A DNA stretch of 64,000 nt from Chitinophagaceae bacterium (GCA_021299175.1 JAJTFY010000003.1:1462-65461), one strand, 5' to 3'; positions 7,804 through 18,531 are shown, counted from the first letter of the stretch. Notes: generated by a model not told the origin, from the letters alone. Numbers and translations are program-made.

Positions 7804-10146
7804 CCTCCAACCCAACCCAATACCTATCATCCTTGGATTGCCAAGATGCGCTGCACCAAAATCATAAGCGTAGTTGATGTATTTTGTTCCCGTCAGGTTT
7901 CTACCCCAAACGGAGACATCGAAATGCTTTGTTCTGATGCTTGATCTGAAATTCACCAATCCATAGGCTTTTTGTTCAATAGTATTGGCTAGATCAAAAT
8001 ACTGCTTACCAGTATGGTTGTATTCCAGCCTAAACATCAATTCATGTGCAGCGATGCTGGTCTGGTATTGAGTTGCGAAATAATTGGTTGTGGATGGTGT
8101 AAATACTTGTTTGTTGCCGGAAAGGTCAACCTGGGCTCCATTGCTGACTGTTCCCAGCACAGCATATTTGGCAGATGTCAACCCCCCTGAATATTGTAGA
8201 CTCAGTCCTTTTGCCAATTTAACCTCCATCTCACCTTCTAAACCAAAAGCGTTCATTTCTCCAGCATTCTGGATAATGGTAACTGCGCTTGGCAATACCA
8301 ATAATGGAGTTTGGATGTCCATGACTTTGTTATAGAATACGGCTACTGCATACCTGAACTGATTGTTTTTATCCTTTCCTTTGATACCTGCTTCAAACAT
8401 GTTGCTGAATTCAGGGTTGTAGGCAGAAAGTGGAACCTGAGATGGATCTGAAGAAATGGATGTCAAGCCACCAGTCCTGAACCCTCTGCTAAAGGATAGA
8501 TACATCAACTGCTGTGCAGTAGGCTGGTATTGAATGCCCAGTTTTGGAGAAAATGCTCCATAGGATGATTTTCCAGTTTTTTCAGCCATCGTTGGAATTG
8601 CAGGTCTTGGTTGTTTTTCGTACTCGCTGCCAATGGTTAATTTTCTATTTTCATTGTCAATCCTCATGCCACCGTTGATGGTGATCTTGTTATTGATTTT
8701 ATAGCTCATGTGACCGTAACCCGCAAAACCATTGTTTTCACCCTTGTTAATGGAAATTATAGAAAAATTCTTGTCGGGTACACCAAATAAACCAGCATCA
8801 TTTCCAAAAACTGTAGCCTGTTTTGTTGGACTTTTTTGGGTGAACTGGTAGATGCCTGCACTCCATTCAAAAGCTGCATCAGGTGAAGATTTTACAGAAT
8901 TAAACCTTAACTCATTTGATATCACATTCACTGTGTTGAAGTCCTTTCCGTAATTGTTAAATATCCCTACGATGTCAGCAGGAGAGAAGTCTGCATCCAG
9001 TGTATTTTCATAATAGCGATAATTTTGCTGTCTTGCATGCTGTAGGGTTATATCTGTTTTCTTTCCCTTGTGTTTAAGCACAATTGAAGCGTTTCCACTC
9101 TTGTCTCTCATTGAAGATGTGAGGTTTTGAGAAAGGGTATATGGTTTTTCAAACAAAGCCTTCATGTCATTTACCAATGGAAATGCGCCATCATTCTTGG
9201 CTGTATATTGTTTGAGGTCAGCTTGTAAACTCCAACCCTTGCTCAAAAAGTATTTCAGCTGCAGGTTGAGCATGGTTTGTTGTTGATTGTCAAATTTCTT
9301 TTTGAGGAATTCATTGGTGTAAAATCCATTTTTACTATCATGCAGCGCAGACAAGCCAAGAAAAAGCTTATTCCTGATGATTGGAGCATTCACAGCAGCA
9401 TTGATCCTTTTCTGTCCGTGATTTCCAAATTGAACGCCTGCATTGATATGCTTTGCATTGGAAGGTTTCCTCGTGGTGATATTGATGACGCCACCCATTG
9501 CATTCCTTCCATAGAAGGTACCCTGAGCACCCCTTATGATATCGATACTTTCAATTTCATTCAATTGCGGGATATAAGTATCCAAATTGAATTGTGCCAC
9601 TCCATCAACATAGGTCGCAACCGATTGGTCGTATGAAGTGGTAACCATTCCCCTGATACCACTTACATTACGGTTGTCTCCGGAATTAGCGATAAAAAGG
9701 TTAGGGGCAAATCCTGATAAATCACTGATTTCCCAGATGCGCATGTCCCTAATCTGTTTTGTATTGATCGAGCTGATTGAACCAGGTGTATTCAAAATAT
9801 TCGATTGCTTTTTATCACTACTAACCACAACCTCATCCAACCTGATGGAATTGGATTCCATTTGTATGGAAACATCTTGAGATTTATCCAAAAAACCTTT
9901 CCAGATCACGGACGCATAACCATCTGCTGTAATAAGCAATTCGTAATATCCTTTTGACAAATTTTTATAAACAAGACCTGTATTATCTTTCAGGTCTGCC
10001 ATTGGGTTGGCATTGAGGAAACTGACCTCAACACCTTCAATTTTGACTCCCTGCATGTTTTTTGCTGAGATGCTAATCTTGATAGTTTCTTGAGAAAAAC
10101 CAGAAACTGTAATCAGAAGAAATGTTAAAACAAAGAATTGGCGCAT
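7798..10146 (-). CDS. TonB-dependent receptor with carboxypeptidase-regulatory-like N-domain
   Basis: 782 aa. Signal peptide, plug region (DEVVVSS...RGAQGTFYGRNAMGGVINI) and a long beta-barrel. The 3' end overlaps the convergent epimerase stop by 6 nt. Confidence 0.9.
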   Translation of the reverse strand: MRQFFVLTFLLITVSGFSQETIKISISAKNMQGVKIEGVEVSFLNANPMADLKDNTGLVYKNLSKGYYELLITADGYASVIWKGFLDKSQDVSIQMESNSIRLDEVVVSSDKKQSNILNTPGSISSINTKQIRDMRIWEISDLSGFAPNLFIANSGDNRNVSGIRGMVTTSYDQSVATYVDGVAQFNLDTYIPQLNEIESIDIIRGAQGTFYGRNAMGGVINITTRKPSNAKHINAGVQFGNHGQKRINAAVNAPIIRNKLFLGLSALHDSKNGFYTNEFLKKKFDNQQQTMLNLQLKYFLSKGWSLQADLKQYTAKNDGAFPLVNDMKALFEKPYTLSQNLTSSMRDKSGNASIVLKHKGKKTDITLQHARQQNYRYYENTLDADFSPADIVGIFNNYGKDFNTVNVISNELRFNSVKSSPDAAFEWSAGIYQFTQKSPTKQATVFGNDAGLFGVPDKNFSIISINKGENNGFAGYGHMSYKINNKITINGGMRIDNENRKLTIGSEYEKQPRPAIPTMAEKTGKSSYGAFSPKLGIQYQPTAQQLMYLSFSRGFRTGGLTSISSDPSQVPLSAYNPEFSNMFEAGIKGKDKNNQFRYAVAVFYNKVMDIQTPLLVLPSAVTIIQNAGEMNAFGLEGEMEVKLAKGLSLQYSGGLTSAKYAVLGTVSNGAQVDLSGNKQVFTPSTTNYFATQYQTSIAAHELMFRLEYNHTGKQYFDLANTIEQKAYGLVNFRSSIRTKHFDVSVWGRNLTGTKYINYAYDFGAAHLGNPRMIGIGLGWRL

Positions 10147-10154
10147 GTTGAATG

Positions 10155-11111
10155 TTATTTGTTATTAATTATTTTTCTTTTCTCAGCGATACTTTTCAGG
10201 GAATTGATACTGACATTCAATTCAAATCCTATCAATAGAACAAGCGAATTGACAAAGACCAAAAACATCAGTATCAAAATACTTCCCAATGATCCGTAAA
10301 TTTTGTTGTACGAAGCTATATTGTTTACCCAATAAGAGAATAAATAGGTGAAAGACATAATCAAAATGGTTGCAAGAAGGGCTCCTGGTGTCCTGATTTT
10401 CCATTTTTTTTGTACATGTGGTGCATAGCGATAAACAAGACCAATTGCCAAGAAAATCAATAAGAAGGTAACTACAAATTGACCAGAACCGAAGATGATA
10501 TCAATAAAATTGTCATTGATATTCATTTGCTCGATGATCCAACTCAAGATGATGGTTTGTGTAAGCATGATCATTATTGTAGCGATGATCAATAAAACGA
10601 TGATAAATGTTAACCTGATGGCGCTTAGCCTTACTTCTATAAAATTTCGCTCTTCAACTTCAATGTGTAACATGGACTTCCGGAATGTCCTCATGATGGT
10701 CAGGGTGGCATTTGAGGAAAAATACAATGCCAAGAAAAGTCCAAAAGAAAGTGTTCCAGTTCCAGTAGAAAAAAAGTCATCCATCACATTCTTGATCATC
10801 GTATAGGTAGTTACATCCGGTATTACACCACGCAGAAGAACAAGAACTTCCTCGTACAATCTCTTAGAACCTGGAATATATGATAAAAGTGTAAAGATGA
10901 AAATGAACAATGGCGGAATGGCCATCAAGAAATTGAATGAGACTGAAGCAGCCCTTTCATTCAACCCTATCTGTTGTGTCTGTTTGAAGAAAAAATGAAG
11001 CACATCATATAAAGGAAGACCTTCAAAGCCTGGTAATACAAGCTTTTTTGACCAATTGATCAATGCCTTTACGGGCCTGGTTTCAATCAGGATCCTTTGA
11101 AGTTTTATCAT
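10155..11111 (-). CDS. YihY/BrkB family membrane protein
   Basis: 318 aa. Signature region RAASVSFNFLMAIPPLFIFIF and about 6 TM helices. Confidence 0.85.
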   Translation of the reverse strand: MIKLQRILIETRPVKALINWSKKLVLPGFEGLPLYDVLHFFFKQTQQIGLNERAASVSFNFLMAIPPLFIFIFTLLSYIPGSKRLYEEVLVLLRGVIPDVTTYTMIKNVMDDFFSTGTGTLSFGLFLALYFSSNATLTIMRTFRKSMLHIEVEERNFIEVRLSAIRLTFIIVLLIIATIMIMLTQTIILSWIIEQMNINDNFIDIIFGSGQFVVTFLLIFLAIGLVYRYAPHVQKKWKIRTPGALLATILIMSFTYLFSYWVNNIASYNKIYGSLGSILILMFLVFVNSLVLLIGFELNVSINSLKSIAEKRKIINNK

Positions 11112-11120
11112 TGTCTTCGA

Positions 11121-12188
11121 TTAGTGTATTTTGAGACTGTCCAACGCCTTTCGGTATTTTCGGGCATTATCAAAATGTTCTTCTGCTGTTGATGCAAAGC
11201 TATGTGATCCTGAGAAGTCTGCTTTTGCACAAAAATACAAATAGTCAGTTTTCTTGGCTTTTAAAACTGCATCTATTGATGAGATAGAGGGGGTACAAAT
11301 TGGCCCGGGAGGTAAACCCTTATTCCTATAAGTATTGTAAGGAGATCCTGCAGTTGAACTGATATGCCCGAAAGTCACTCTCCTGATGCTAAAATCTCCA
11401 AGAGCAAATTTAATGGTTGGATCAGCGCCAAGCGCCATACCTTCTTTCAACCGGTTGATATAAACACTTGCCATGGTAGGTTTTTCTTCATTGTTATTGG
11501 TCTCTTCTTCAACAATGGAGGCTATTGTAATCACTTCCTCTTTGGAAAGGCCAAGCAATTTTGCGTTGTCTATTCGGCTGTCGGTCCAAAAATCATTGGA
11601 TTCTTTGTTCATCCTCCTCATAAAATCACTGGGGCTGCTGTTCCAGTAAATTTCATAGGTATTGGGTATGATAAGGGTCATCAAGGTTTCCTGCTTAACG
11701 CCAAATGGTTGTATGGAGTCATTGTTCGTTAAAAACCGGTAAATATCAGATTCGGTACATTCCAGCTTACTGCCTACATATTTGGCAAGCTCTCTTTTTG
11801 TTCTGAATTTGTTGATGGTAAGTTCCACTGGGGTTTGTCTTCCGCCCTTTAATTTGCGGAAAATGGTAAAAATGCTCATATTTTTTTCAACGACATATTT
11901 CCCTGGTTTGATTTCTTTCCAATATCCAGTCAAGTCAGACAATGCCAAAAAAGTGGTGAACGCTACTGGCTTGATGTGTTTGTGAACAAGTTCCTTCACA
12001 AAGTGCTTGTCGGCTTTTTTGGTAGGAATGTAGAATGTGGCCTGCTCTGCATTGAAATTGGTCGCTGGCCTGAGAAAAAGCACATAAAAAAAGGCTGAAG
12101 AAACGAAAGCAAGGACAACCAGTAAAATAATTGAGGTTTTATTAGATCTCTTTTTGACCGGTTTTTTCCTTGTTTTCTTTTGTACCAT
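11121..12188 (-). CDS. mltG: endolytic murein transglycosylase MltG (YceG-like)
   Basis: 355 aa. N-terminal TM anchor. YceG motifs ASIVEEE, ASVYINRL and YNTYRNKGLPPGPICTP. Confidence 0.9.
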   Translation of the reverse strand: MVQKKTRKKPVKKRSNKTSIILLVVLAFVSSAFFYVLFLRPATNFNAEQATFYIPTKKADKHFVKELVHKHIKPVAFTTFLALSDLTGYWKEIKPGKYVVEKNMSIFTIFRKLKGGRQTPVELTINKFRTKRELAKYVGSKLECTESDIYRFLTNNDSIQPFGVKQETLMTLIIPNTYEIYWNSSPSDFMRRMNKESNDFWTDSRIDNAKLLGLSKEEVITIASIVEEETNNNEEKPTMASVYINRLKEGMALGADPTIKFALGDFSIRRVTFGHISSTAGSPYNTYRNKGLPPGPICTPSISSIDAVLKAKKTDYLYFCAKADFSGSHSFASTAEEHFDNARKYRKALDSLKIH

Positions 12189-12202
12189 ACCTCAATATAT
12201 AC

Positions 12203-12234
12203 AAAAACCCCGCTTTCTGGAAGCAGGGTTTTAA
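12203..12234 (-). terminator. hairpin terminator after secG
   Basis: Minus strand has a CCCTGCTT...AAGCGGGG stem with one mismatch, followed by TTTTT. Confidence 0.5.
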
Positions 12235-12249
12235 AAAAATATAATCTGA

Positions 12250-12603
12250 TTATTTAGGTTGAGTGGCTGCAGGGGCTGGAGCCTGTGGCATTGGAGCTGG
12301 GGCAGGGGCCTGTTGAGGGGCTGCATTTCCGGTAGTGGTTGGAATACTCTTTAAAGTATCAGAACCGGTAGATTTGCCAGAATTGATAACCAATGCAGAA
12401 ATCAGGCAAAGAACGACCAAAATACTCGAAAGTACCCAGGTTCCTTTCTCCAATACGTCGGTTGTTTGTTTAACCCCCATGAATTGGTTACTGAATCCAG
12501 CAATATTGCCTGCAAGTCCGCCACCTTTGGGGTTTTGGATCAAAACGATTACACCCAGAAGAACTGAAACCAATATGATTAGAATGATGAAAATTGTTGT
12601 CAT
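12250..12603 (-). CDS. secG: preprotein translocase subunit SecG
   Basis: 117 aa. N-terminal LLGVIVLIQNPKGGGL SecG signature, a second TM helix and a Pro/Ala/Gln-rich tail. Confidence 0.9.
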   Translation of the reverse strand: MTTIFIILIILVSVLLGVIVLIQNPKGGGLAGNIAGFSNQFMGVKQTTDVLEKGTWVLSSILVVLCLISALVINSGKSTGSDTLKSIPTTTGNAAPQQAPAPAPMPQAPAPAATQPK

Positions 12604-13445
12604 ACCTTATTTTCTTTGATCTTTGAAATTTTGTCTGCAAAAATATGGCTATTGAGAGGATTTTGCAAACTTAATTTGTCATATACCTCAATAGCCTTTT
12701 CAGTGAGTCCTTGTTTAAGATAAACTTCGGCCATTGCCTCTGTAAATACCGCATCTGCTGGATTTTCTTTCTCATTATTGGTGTCGAGAATGGATTGAAT
12801 ATCCTTGATCGTAACCGTTTCCGCGCCAGGTTGAAGCCTTTTCATGGTTTTTAGCCACGCTGTGAAGCTTTTAACCTTCATGGATAGATCATCTTTTTCG
12901 CCCTCGATGTTGATTTTGATGCCTAGAGATGCAAAATAATCTATGGTATGGTAGGGTGTTATAGGGATTTCTAATTCTATACCTGGTTGGGGAGAAGGGG
13001 CAGGTTCAAGGTTTTGTACATCATTGGCTGCAATGGGTTCAACAATTGATGGCTCATCAAAGTGGGCTTCCTTATCATCAATATTTACCTCAATTTCATC
13101 GACATCCCTGACTTCGGCAGAGGAGTTCAACGATTCAATCATTTCATCCTCACTGACATTGTTAAATTGCTTGTCGTAGAGAATTTTCCTGAAATTTCCT
13201 TTTTCAGCTTCTTCGCTGAGTTGGTAATTGAGCCAGCTGGATTCATCAAAAAACAATGCTGTTTTCGAAACAGCCTCAGGAAAGTCAAGGTGGTATTGAG
13301 ATTTTAGTTTGCAGGTATATAAAAATTGTATGATCGAAGAATAGGGAAACTCTTCAGCATGACACTTGAGTTCGTCAAGTGTCATCTCATCCATGCTTTC
13401 TCTCTGAAAGAGGGATTGGATCATAAAATCAGTTTCCTTCGTCAT
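12600..13445 (-). CDS. hypothetical protein (acidic middle, TPR-like C-terminus)
   Basis: 281-aa ORF, start-to-stop coupled to its neighbours. The C-terminus AEVYLKQGLTEKAIEVYDKLSLQNP is TPR-like. It sits in the LptE-SecG slot typical of Bacteroidota. Confidence 0.6.
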   Translation of the reverse strand: MTKETDFMIQSLFQRESMDEMTLDELKCHAEEFPYSSIIQFLYTCKLKSQYHLDFPEAVSKTALFFDESSWLNYQLSEEAEKGNFRKILYDKQFNNVSEDEMIESLNSSAEVRDVDEIEVNIDDKEAHFDEPSIVEPIAANDVQNLEPAPSPQPGIELEIPITPYHTIDYFASLGIKINIEGEKDDLSMKVKSFTAWLKTMKRLQPGAETVTIKDIQSILDTNNEKENPADAVFTEAMAEVYLKQGLTEKAIEVYDKLSLQNPLNSHIFADKISKIKENKV

Positions 13446-13464
13446 TTTGCTAATTTAAGCTCCT

Positions 13465-13992
13465 TTACCAATTTGAAAAAATCCGATTGAAAATCTCATC
13501 GGTAAGGTTGGTGACCATCTGTTCATTCAACTCGGTTTCTGCCTGTGTCAGGCTTTTGCTGGCTGAAAAAGGGAAATTCCTTGTGATGTCTGCCTCAAAG
13601 TTCTTTTTTTCATCCTGCCTGTTTCTAAAAATAATGTGTACGGTCACGTTCAGGTTATTGCTCGCAACCTGTTGCTGTGAAATACCAGAAGTATTGACAG
13701 AATAATCGCTTATGTAACCGCTGATCTCGTAATCCGCATCATTATTGGTTTGTGAAAGCCTGGTTTGGTTGATGATTTTTTGTCTGAGTTTATCTGAAAG
13801 TTTCGGGCTCAACTGAGGGTTGATATACCTGGCCTTGTTTTCAATAAAGAATACCCTTACTGTTTTGATTTCAGGAGGGATGGAAACATCTTTCAGTGAA
13901 TACCTGCAGGTTCCCTGAACACTGATGATTGCCAATACAATAAGCAGTAATTTTTTATACTTATTGTATAAAGAATTAATCTTCAATGTCAT
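13465..13992 (-). CDS. LptE-family LPS-assembly lipoprotein-like protein
   Basis: 175 aa. Signal peptide with Cys (VQGTC). Length, the C-terminal ...IFNRIFSNW and the position after the sigma-54 activator match the Bacteroidota LptE-like family as I remember it. Confidence 0.65.
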   Translation of the reverse strand: MTLKINSLYNKYKKLLLIVLAIISVQGTCRYSLKDVSIPPEIKTVRVFFIENKARYINPQLSPKLSDKLRQKIINQTRLSQTNNDADYEISGYISDYSVNTSGISQQQVASNNLNVTVHIIFRNRQDEKKNFEADITRNFPFSASKSLTQAETELNEQMVTNLTDEIFNRIFSNW

Positions 13993-15076
13993 ATTCTTTC
14001 AGTTTTCTGTAAAGTGTTCTTTCACTGATGCCCAAATCAGATGCGGCATCTTTTCTTTTCCCTTTATGCTTTCGCAATGCTTTCTCAATCAATTCCTTTT
14101 CCTTGTCCATGATATTGAGTGATTCATCAACCAGAATGGTATCCTGTATTTCCCTGTTTTCGGTTAAAAACATGGGCTGACTGCTGACAGGTATAATGCT
14201 TCCATGCGGATGATGATCTTGTTGTTGTCTCGAAATCGGTAGGTCTTGCAGATAAGATTCCTCCATCACGTGTGAAACTGATGGAATATTGGATGGATTT
14301 TGAACAATTTCAAGAAACATCTTCTTCATCTCGGTTACATCTTTTTTTAAATCAAAGAATAACTTGTAAAGAATATCCCGCTCATTCATGAATTCATTTT
14401 GGCCTGTCGACATAGGGCCAGATCCAACCAAGATCGGTAAGTTATTGGTGCTGTTTTTGGGTAAAAACCGTTCAAGGTCCTTTCCTGATATTGATTTATC
14501 TTCTGCCAATACCGATATCTGCTCCGCAATATTCTTCAATTCACGCACATTTCCCGGCCATGGATAGTTGAGTATCATGGTTTTTGCTTCTTCTGTGAGC
14601 TGTATGGGACTTGTTCTGTAACGCTCTGCGAAATCAACTGCAAATTTTCTGAAAAGCAGAATGATATCTTCTTTTCTTTCTCTGAGTGAGGGAACCCTGA
14701 TGGGAACAGTATTAAGCCTATAATACAAGTCTTCCCTGAATTTGTTGTTCTGTGTTGCGGTCAGCAGGTCTTTGTTCGTGGCAGCAATAACCCTTACATC
14801 CGTTTTTTGCACTTTGGACGATCCAACCCGGATGAATTCTGAATTTTCCAGCACCCGCAAGAGCCGAGCCTGGGTTCCCAGAGGTGTTTCCCCAATCTCA
14901 TCCATGAAAAGTGTGCCTCCATTGACCGTTTCAAAATACCCTTTTCTGGAATCAACAGCCCCTGTAAAAGATCCTTTTTCATGACCAAACAATTCAGAAT
15001 CGATGGTTCCTTCAGGGATGGCACCACAATTGACCGCTATATTGAATATCCATTGTTTGGTGTTTTTAGGAATGGT
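13976..15076 (-). pseudogene. sigma-54-dependent transcriptional activator (AAA+ plus Fis-type HTH), N-terminally truncated with the Walker A segment absent
   Basis: The open frame starts right after a stop at 15077-15079 inside miaB. It reads ...[46 protein letters not shown], a GAFTGA-like loop and C-terminal [12 protein letters not shown]. No ATG or GTG occurs upstream of the TTG at 14990-14992, and no GxxGxGK is present. Confidence 0.65.
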
Positions 15077-16420
15077 TCACAATTTTTCCCATCAGGGTTC
15101 CTTGTGTACAGGATTCCGCCAGCACATGCACAAAACTGCCAGGTTGAAGCTGGGTGTTTTCAATTTTATCGAAAACCATCACTTTGTTTTGGCTGTTTCT
15201 TCCCATCCATTGCAGGTTACTTTTTTTAGAATTGCCTTCAATCAATACTTCAAAAACCTTTCCAATATCCTTTTTGTTGGTTTCTAGAGATAAGTTGTTT
15301 TGGAGTTTGACAATTTCATCAAGCCTGCGTTTCTTAACATCATCGGGAACATCATCAGAATAGCGTTTGGCAGCAAGTGTACCGGGTCTTTCTGAATACG
15401 CAAACATATAACTGTACTCGTATTGTGATTGACGCATGATGTCGAGCGTGTCTTCATGGTCTTGTTCCGTTTCGGTACAAAACCCTGTAATGATATCTGC
15501 ACTGATGGCACAATCTGGCATGATTTCTTTGATTCTTTTCACCTTGGCCAGGTACCATTCTCTGGTGTATGTTCTGTTCATCAGTTGCAATATCCTGGTA
15601 GATCCACTTTGTACAGGCAGATGGATGTATTTGCAAATGTTTGCATGTGCCTTCATCGTATGCAAAACCTTGTCTGTAATATCTTTGGGGTGAGATGTGC
15701 TAAATCTAATGCGGAGGGATGGACTGATTTGTGACACTTTCTCTAACAACATGGCGAAATCCACTGGATGGTTGGTGTTTGGATCCACCCAATAATAGCT
15801 GTCAACATTCTGACCAAGCAAGGTTACTTCTTTATATCCCTGCTCAAACAAATCCCTGCATTCGGCAACAATCGAGGCCTCATCCCTGCTTCTTTCTCGT
15901 CCTCTTGTAAAAGGAACAACGCAGAAAGCACACATGTTATTGCAGCCTCTCATGATGCTCACAAAGGCATTGATACCATTGGAGTTGAGGCGGACAGGAG
16001 ATATATCAGCATAGGTTTCTTCTCTGCTGAGCAAGACATTTACTGCTTTCGTCCCAGTTTCGGCTTCATCAATCAACTGTGGCAAACTGCGGTATGCATC
16101 TGGGCCAACCACAATATCAACCAGTTTTTCTTCTTCCAGCAGCTTGCTTTTCAGTCTTTCTGCCATGCATCCCAATACGCCAATCAGCATAGAAGGCCTC
16201 TGTTTTTTGATTTTTTTGAATTCAGTGAGTCTTTTTCGAACGGTCTGCTCGGCTTTTTCTGCAAGATCGAAGCGATGATCTCACTGTCACTGAAATTCAT
16301 CTGGCAACCATAACTTTCTATATAAAAGCGCTTTCCTGGTGTTGCTTCAGTAGCAAGTTCACCAGCATACGCCTCACCTTGACGGGCCTCATCAATTGTT
16401 TTGTTGGCAAAATTGAGCAT
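15066..16420 (-). pseudogene. miaB: tRNA-2-methylthio-N6-dimethylallyladenosine synthase MiaB, disrupted by an internal deletion plus frameshift
   Basis: The N-terminal piece (16184..16420) is ...[23 protein letters not shown]. The C-terminal piece (15066..16190, frame open from about 16262) is [12 protein letters not shown]...GVLGCMAE, radical-SAM [11 protein letters not shown] and a TRAM end. The NTCxIRE segment is missing in all frames. Confidence 0.8.
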
Positions 16421-16476
16421 CCTGCAAAATTAGTGAAAAAGGTGGGATATGACAAATTGTCACCCCTAAAATTCAA

Positions 16477-16992
16477 TTATTGATGTGCTTGGGGCAAGAT
16501 CCGTTTGCTCAGCCATGAAGCTGAAAGGGGTGTAATCCATCGGTTCATGAATTCAGCCTTGGTCAAGACAGTGTTGTCAAAAAACAATGTCTCCTTGTCA
16601 ATGAATGATTTGTCAACGGCATAGTTCAGCTGTGAGAAAGGCAACAATTGCACTTTTTCATTCATATAAAAAGCAAGGTTCATCCTGTCGAACATAGAAA
16701 CTTTGAACTCGTCTTCAATGGCTTTGATCAGTCTTACAGAGCTATCCGTGCTGCATCCGCTTACCCCAGTCACTTCCTCATCAGCCATAAGGATGATGAA
16801 TTGTCCGAAAAATAAGGTTCCAAAACCTTTAACGGGTGTTCCATGAGATTTCCAATCGGCAGTAAAATCTTCCAGTATTTTTTCAATGGTCAATGCCTCA
16901 GAAAGGGCAAAAACCCTGTTGGATTGATAGATCCAGACCCGTGACAAATCGCTGAAGGCTTCTGGAATGAGATGTTGATATGATAGATTCAT
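16477..16992 (-). CDS. conserved hypothetical protein
   Basis: 171-aa ORF with a clean start and stop. It resembles a Bacteroidota family that I recall being loosely, and probably wrongly, labelled ABC transporter ATPase. No NTPase motif is visible. Confidence 0.55.
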   Translation of the reverse strand: MNLSYQHLIPEAFSDLSRVWIYQSNRVFALSEALTIEKILEDFTADWKSHGTPVKGFGTLFFGQFIILMADEEVTGVSGCSTDSSVRLIKAIEDEFKVSMFDRMNLAFYMNEKVQLLPFSQLNYAVDKSFIDKETLFFDNTVLTKAEFMNRWITPLSASWLSKRILPQAHQ

Positions 16993-17054
16993 TTTTATAT
17001 ATTTTGTGGCAACTGCACTAAATTACACAAGTATTCAAAAATCATACCAATACC

Positions 17055-17549
17055 ATGGGAAAGAAGTACATCCTTACACCTGAAAAAGCCATGATGAGTC
17101 TCAGGAGAATGGCATTTGAAATTTTGGAAAGAAACAACGGAGCAACAGCTGTTTCCATCGCTGGCATCAGAGAAAATGGGTATGTTGTTGCCCAAGAATT
17201 AAAAACCATCTTGGCTGAGATTTCTACTTTGCAGATTGATTTGATTGAGATCCTGATTGACAAGTCCAATCCAATTGATTGCTCAATTCCCGATAGTATT
17301 GATCTCAAAGATAAAATCCTTATTGTTGTTGATGATGTAGTCAATAGCGGGAAAACGCTTTTGTATGCCATACTTCCTTTTCTGCAGTTTTCTCCCAAGC
17401 AAATCCAGACACTCACACTGGTAGAAAGAAGCTACAAGATTTTTCCTGTTCATGTAGATTATGTAGGCATTTCACTGGCTACTACTTTGCAGGAAAATAT
17501 TTCTGTTGAAGTGGTTGAAGCTAAATTGGCCGGGGCTTATGTAGTGTAA
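17055..17549 (+). CDS. phosphoribosyltransferase family protein (PyrR-like)
   Basis: 164 aa. PRPP-binding loop ILIVVDDVVNSGKTL. The overall layout is PyrR/UPRTase-like. Confidence 0.75.
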   Translation: MGKKYILTPEKAMMSLRRMAFEILERNNGATAVSIAGIRENGYVVAQELKTILAEISTLQIDLIEILIDKSNPIDCSIPDSIDLKDKILIVVDDVVNSGKTLLYAILPFLQFSPKQIQTLTLVERSYKIFPVHVDYVGISLATTLQENISVEVVEAKLAGAYVV

Positions 17550-17550
17550 A

Positions 17551-18480
17551 TCAAAAAAAGAATGGATGGAATGATAATTTACCCAATCCATTCCATTCGA
17601 TGGTTGGTGCCGGAACTTTCAACACATTGAAAAGTGAAAGCACTGTTTTTACAGTTTTGTTTTTTGTCTTGATTCTTGTCAGATCAATATCTGCTGATAG
17701 GTAAAACCTTTTATACCTGGGAATATCTGATCGGTTGACGGTCATACCTGATACTGTTGTCCATGTATTTTCATATCCACCCAACATTGTTCTTGCGCCA
17801 TATCCAAGGGCAATATTGAACCAATTGGGAAAATGGGAGTCGGGAAAAAAAGATTTGACGTTTACACTGGCCCAATAGGATTGACCATTGTAATCCTTGA
17901 GTACTTTTTCTGCATCCCCTGATCCAAATAAAGCATTGGCCCTCGTGGTTAACGTTCCGTACTTGTATGGTGAGTAGGAGAGTTTGATTGTAACCCTCTG
18001 TTCATTCCAGGCCAATTCTTGTACAACATAAATACCTGCCCCAGCTGAATTGGCCATTACATCCGGTATGCTAAACCCCCATTTGTCGGAATATCCATCC
18101 AAAATTTCAATGATGCTCAAATAAGCCATGCCACTGATCCCTCCAATCAGAACAGCTTTTTTCTTTTCCATGCCAGCCCATTGCCAGATTTTACTGGTAT
18201 GGTTGCTGATTTGATAACTGGACCAGGCATGTCCTGCCTTGTCCATCTGTTGCCATTCCTTCCAGTCATTGTAGAGATGGAAATCACTCCTGGGGTAGTT
18301 GGCATACCAGGTTTTGTTCAATGAGTAAAAAGTTCCACCCCATAGACCGGCTTGAACACCACCGAGTACCCATTTCTTTGTTGGGAAACGGGAGAATGTG
18401 CTATCCTGTCCATGCGTTCCTAAACCCATCGACAACAACAGGATAATGCTAAAAATTTGACATAAAAAACGATACAACAT
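17551..18480 (-). CDS. DUF2279-like periplasmic/outer-membrane lipoprotein
   Basis: I chose the internal Met (MLYRFLCQIFSIILLLSMGLG signal) as the start. A DKAGHAWSSYQ motif is typical of that family as I recall it. Confidence 0.55.
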   Translation of the reverse strand: MLYRFLCQIFSIILLLSMGLGTHGQDSTFSRFPTKKWVLGGVQAGLWGGTFYSLNKTWYANYPRSDFHLYNDWKEWQQMDKAGHAWSSYQISNHTSKIWQWAGMEKKKAVLIGGISGMAYLSIIEILDGYSDKWGFSIPDVMANSAGAGIYVVQELAWNEQRVTIKLSYSPYKYGTLTTRANALFGSGDAEKVLKDYNGQSYWASVNVKSFFPDSHFPNWFNIALGYGARTMLGGYENTWTTVSGMTVNRSDIPRYKRFYLSADIDLTRIKTKNKTVKTVLSLFNVLKVPAPTIEWNGLGKLSFHPFFF

Positions 18481-18531
18481 GCAAGCCTTAATATAAAAGA
18501 TGAAGTTAGTTGCATTTACGACTCTGTTTGT

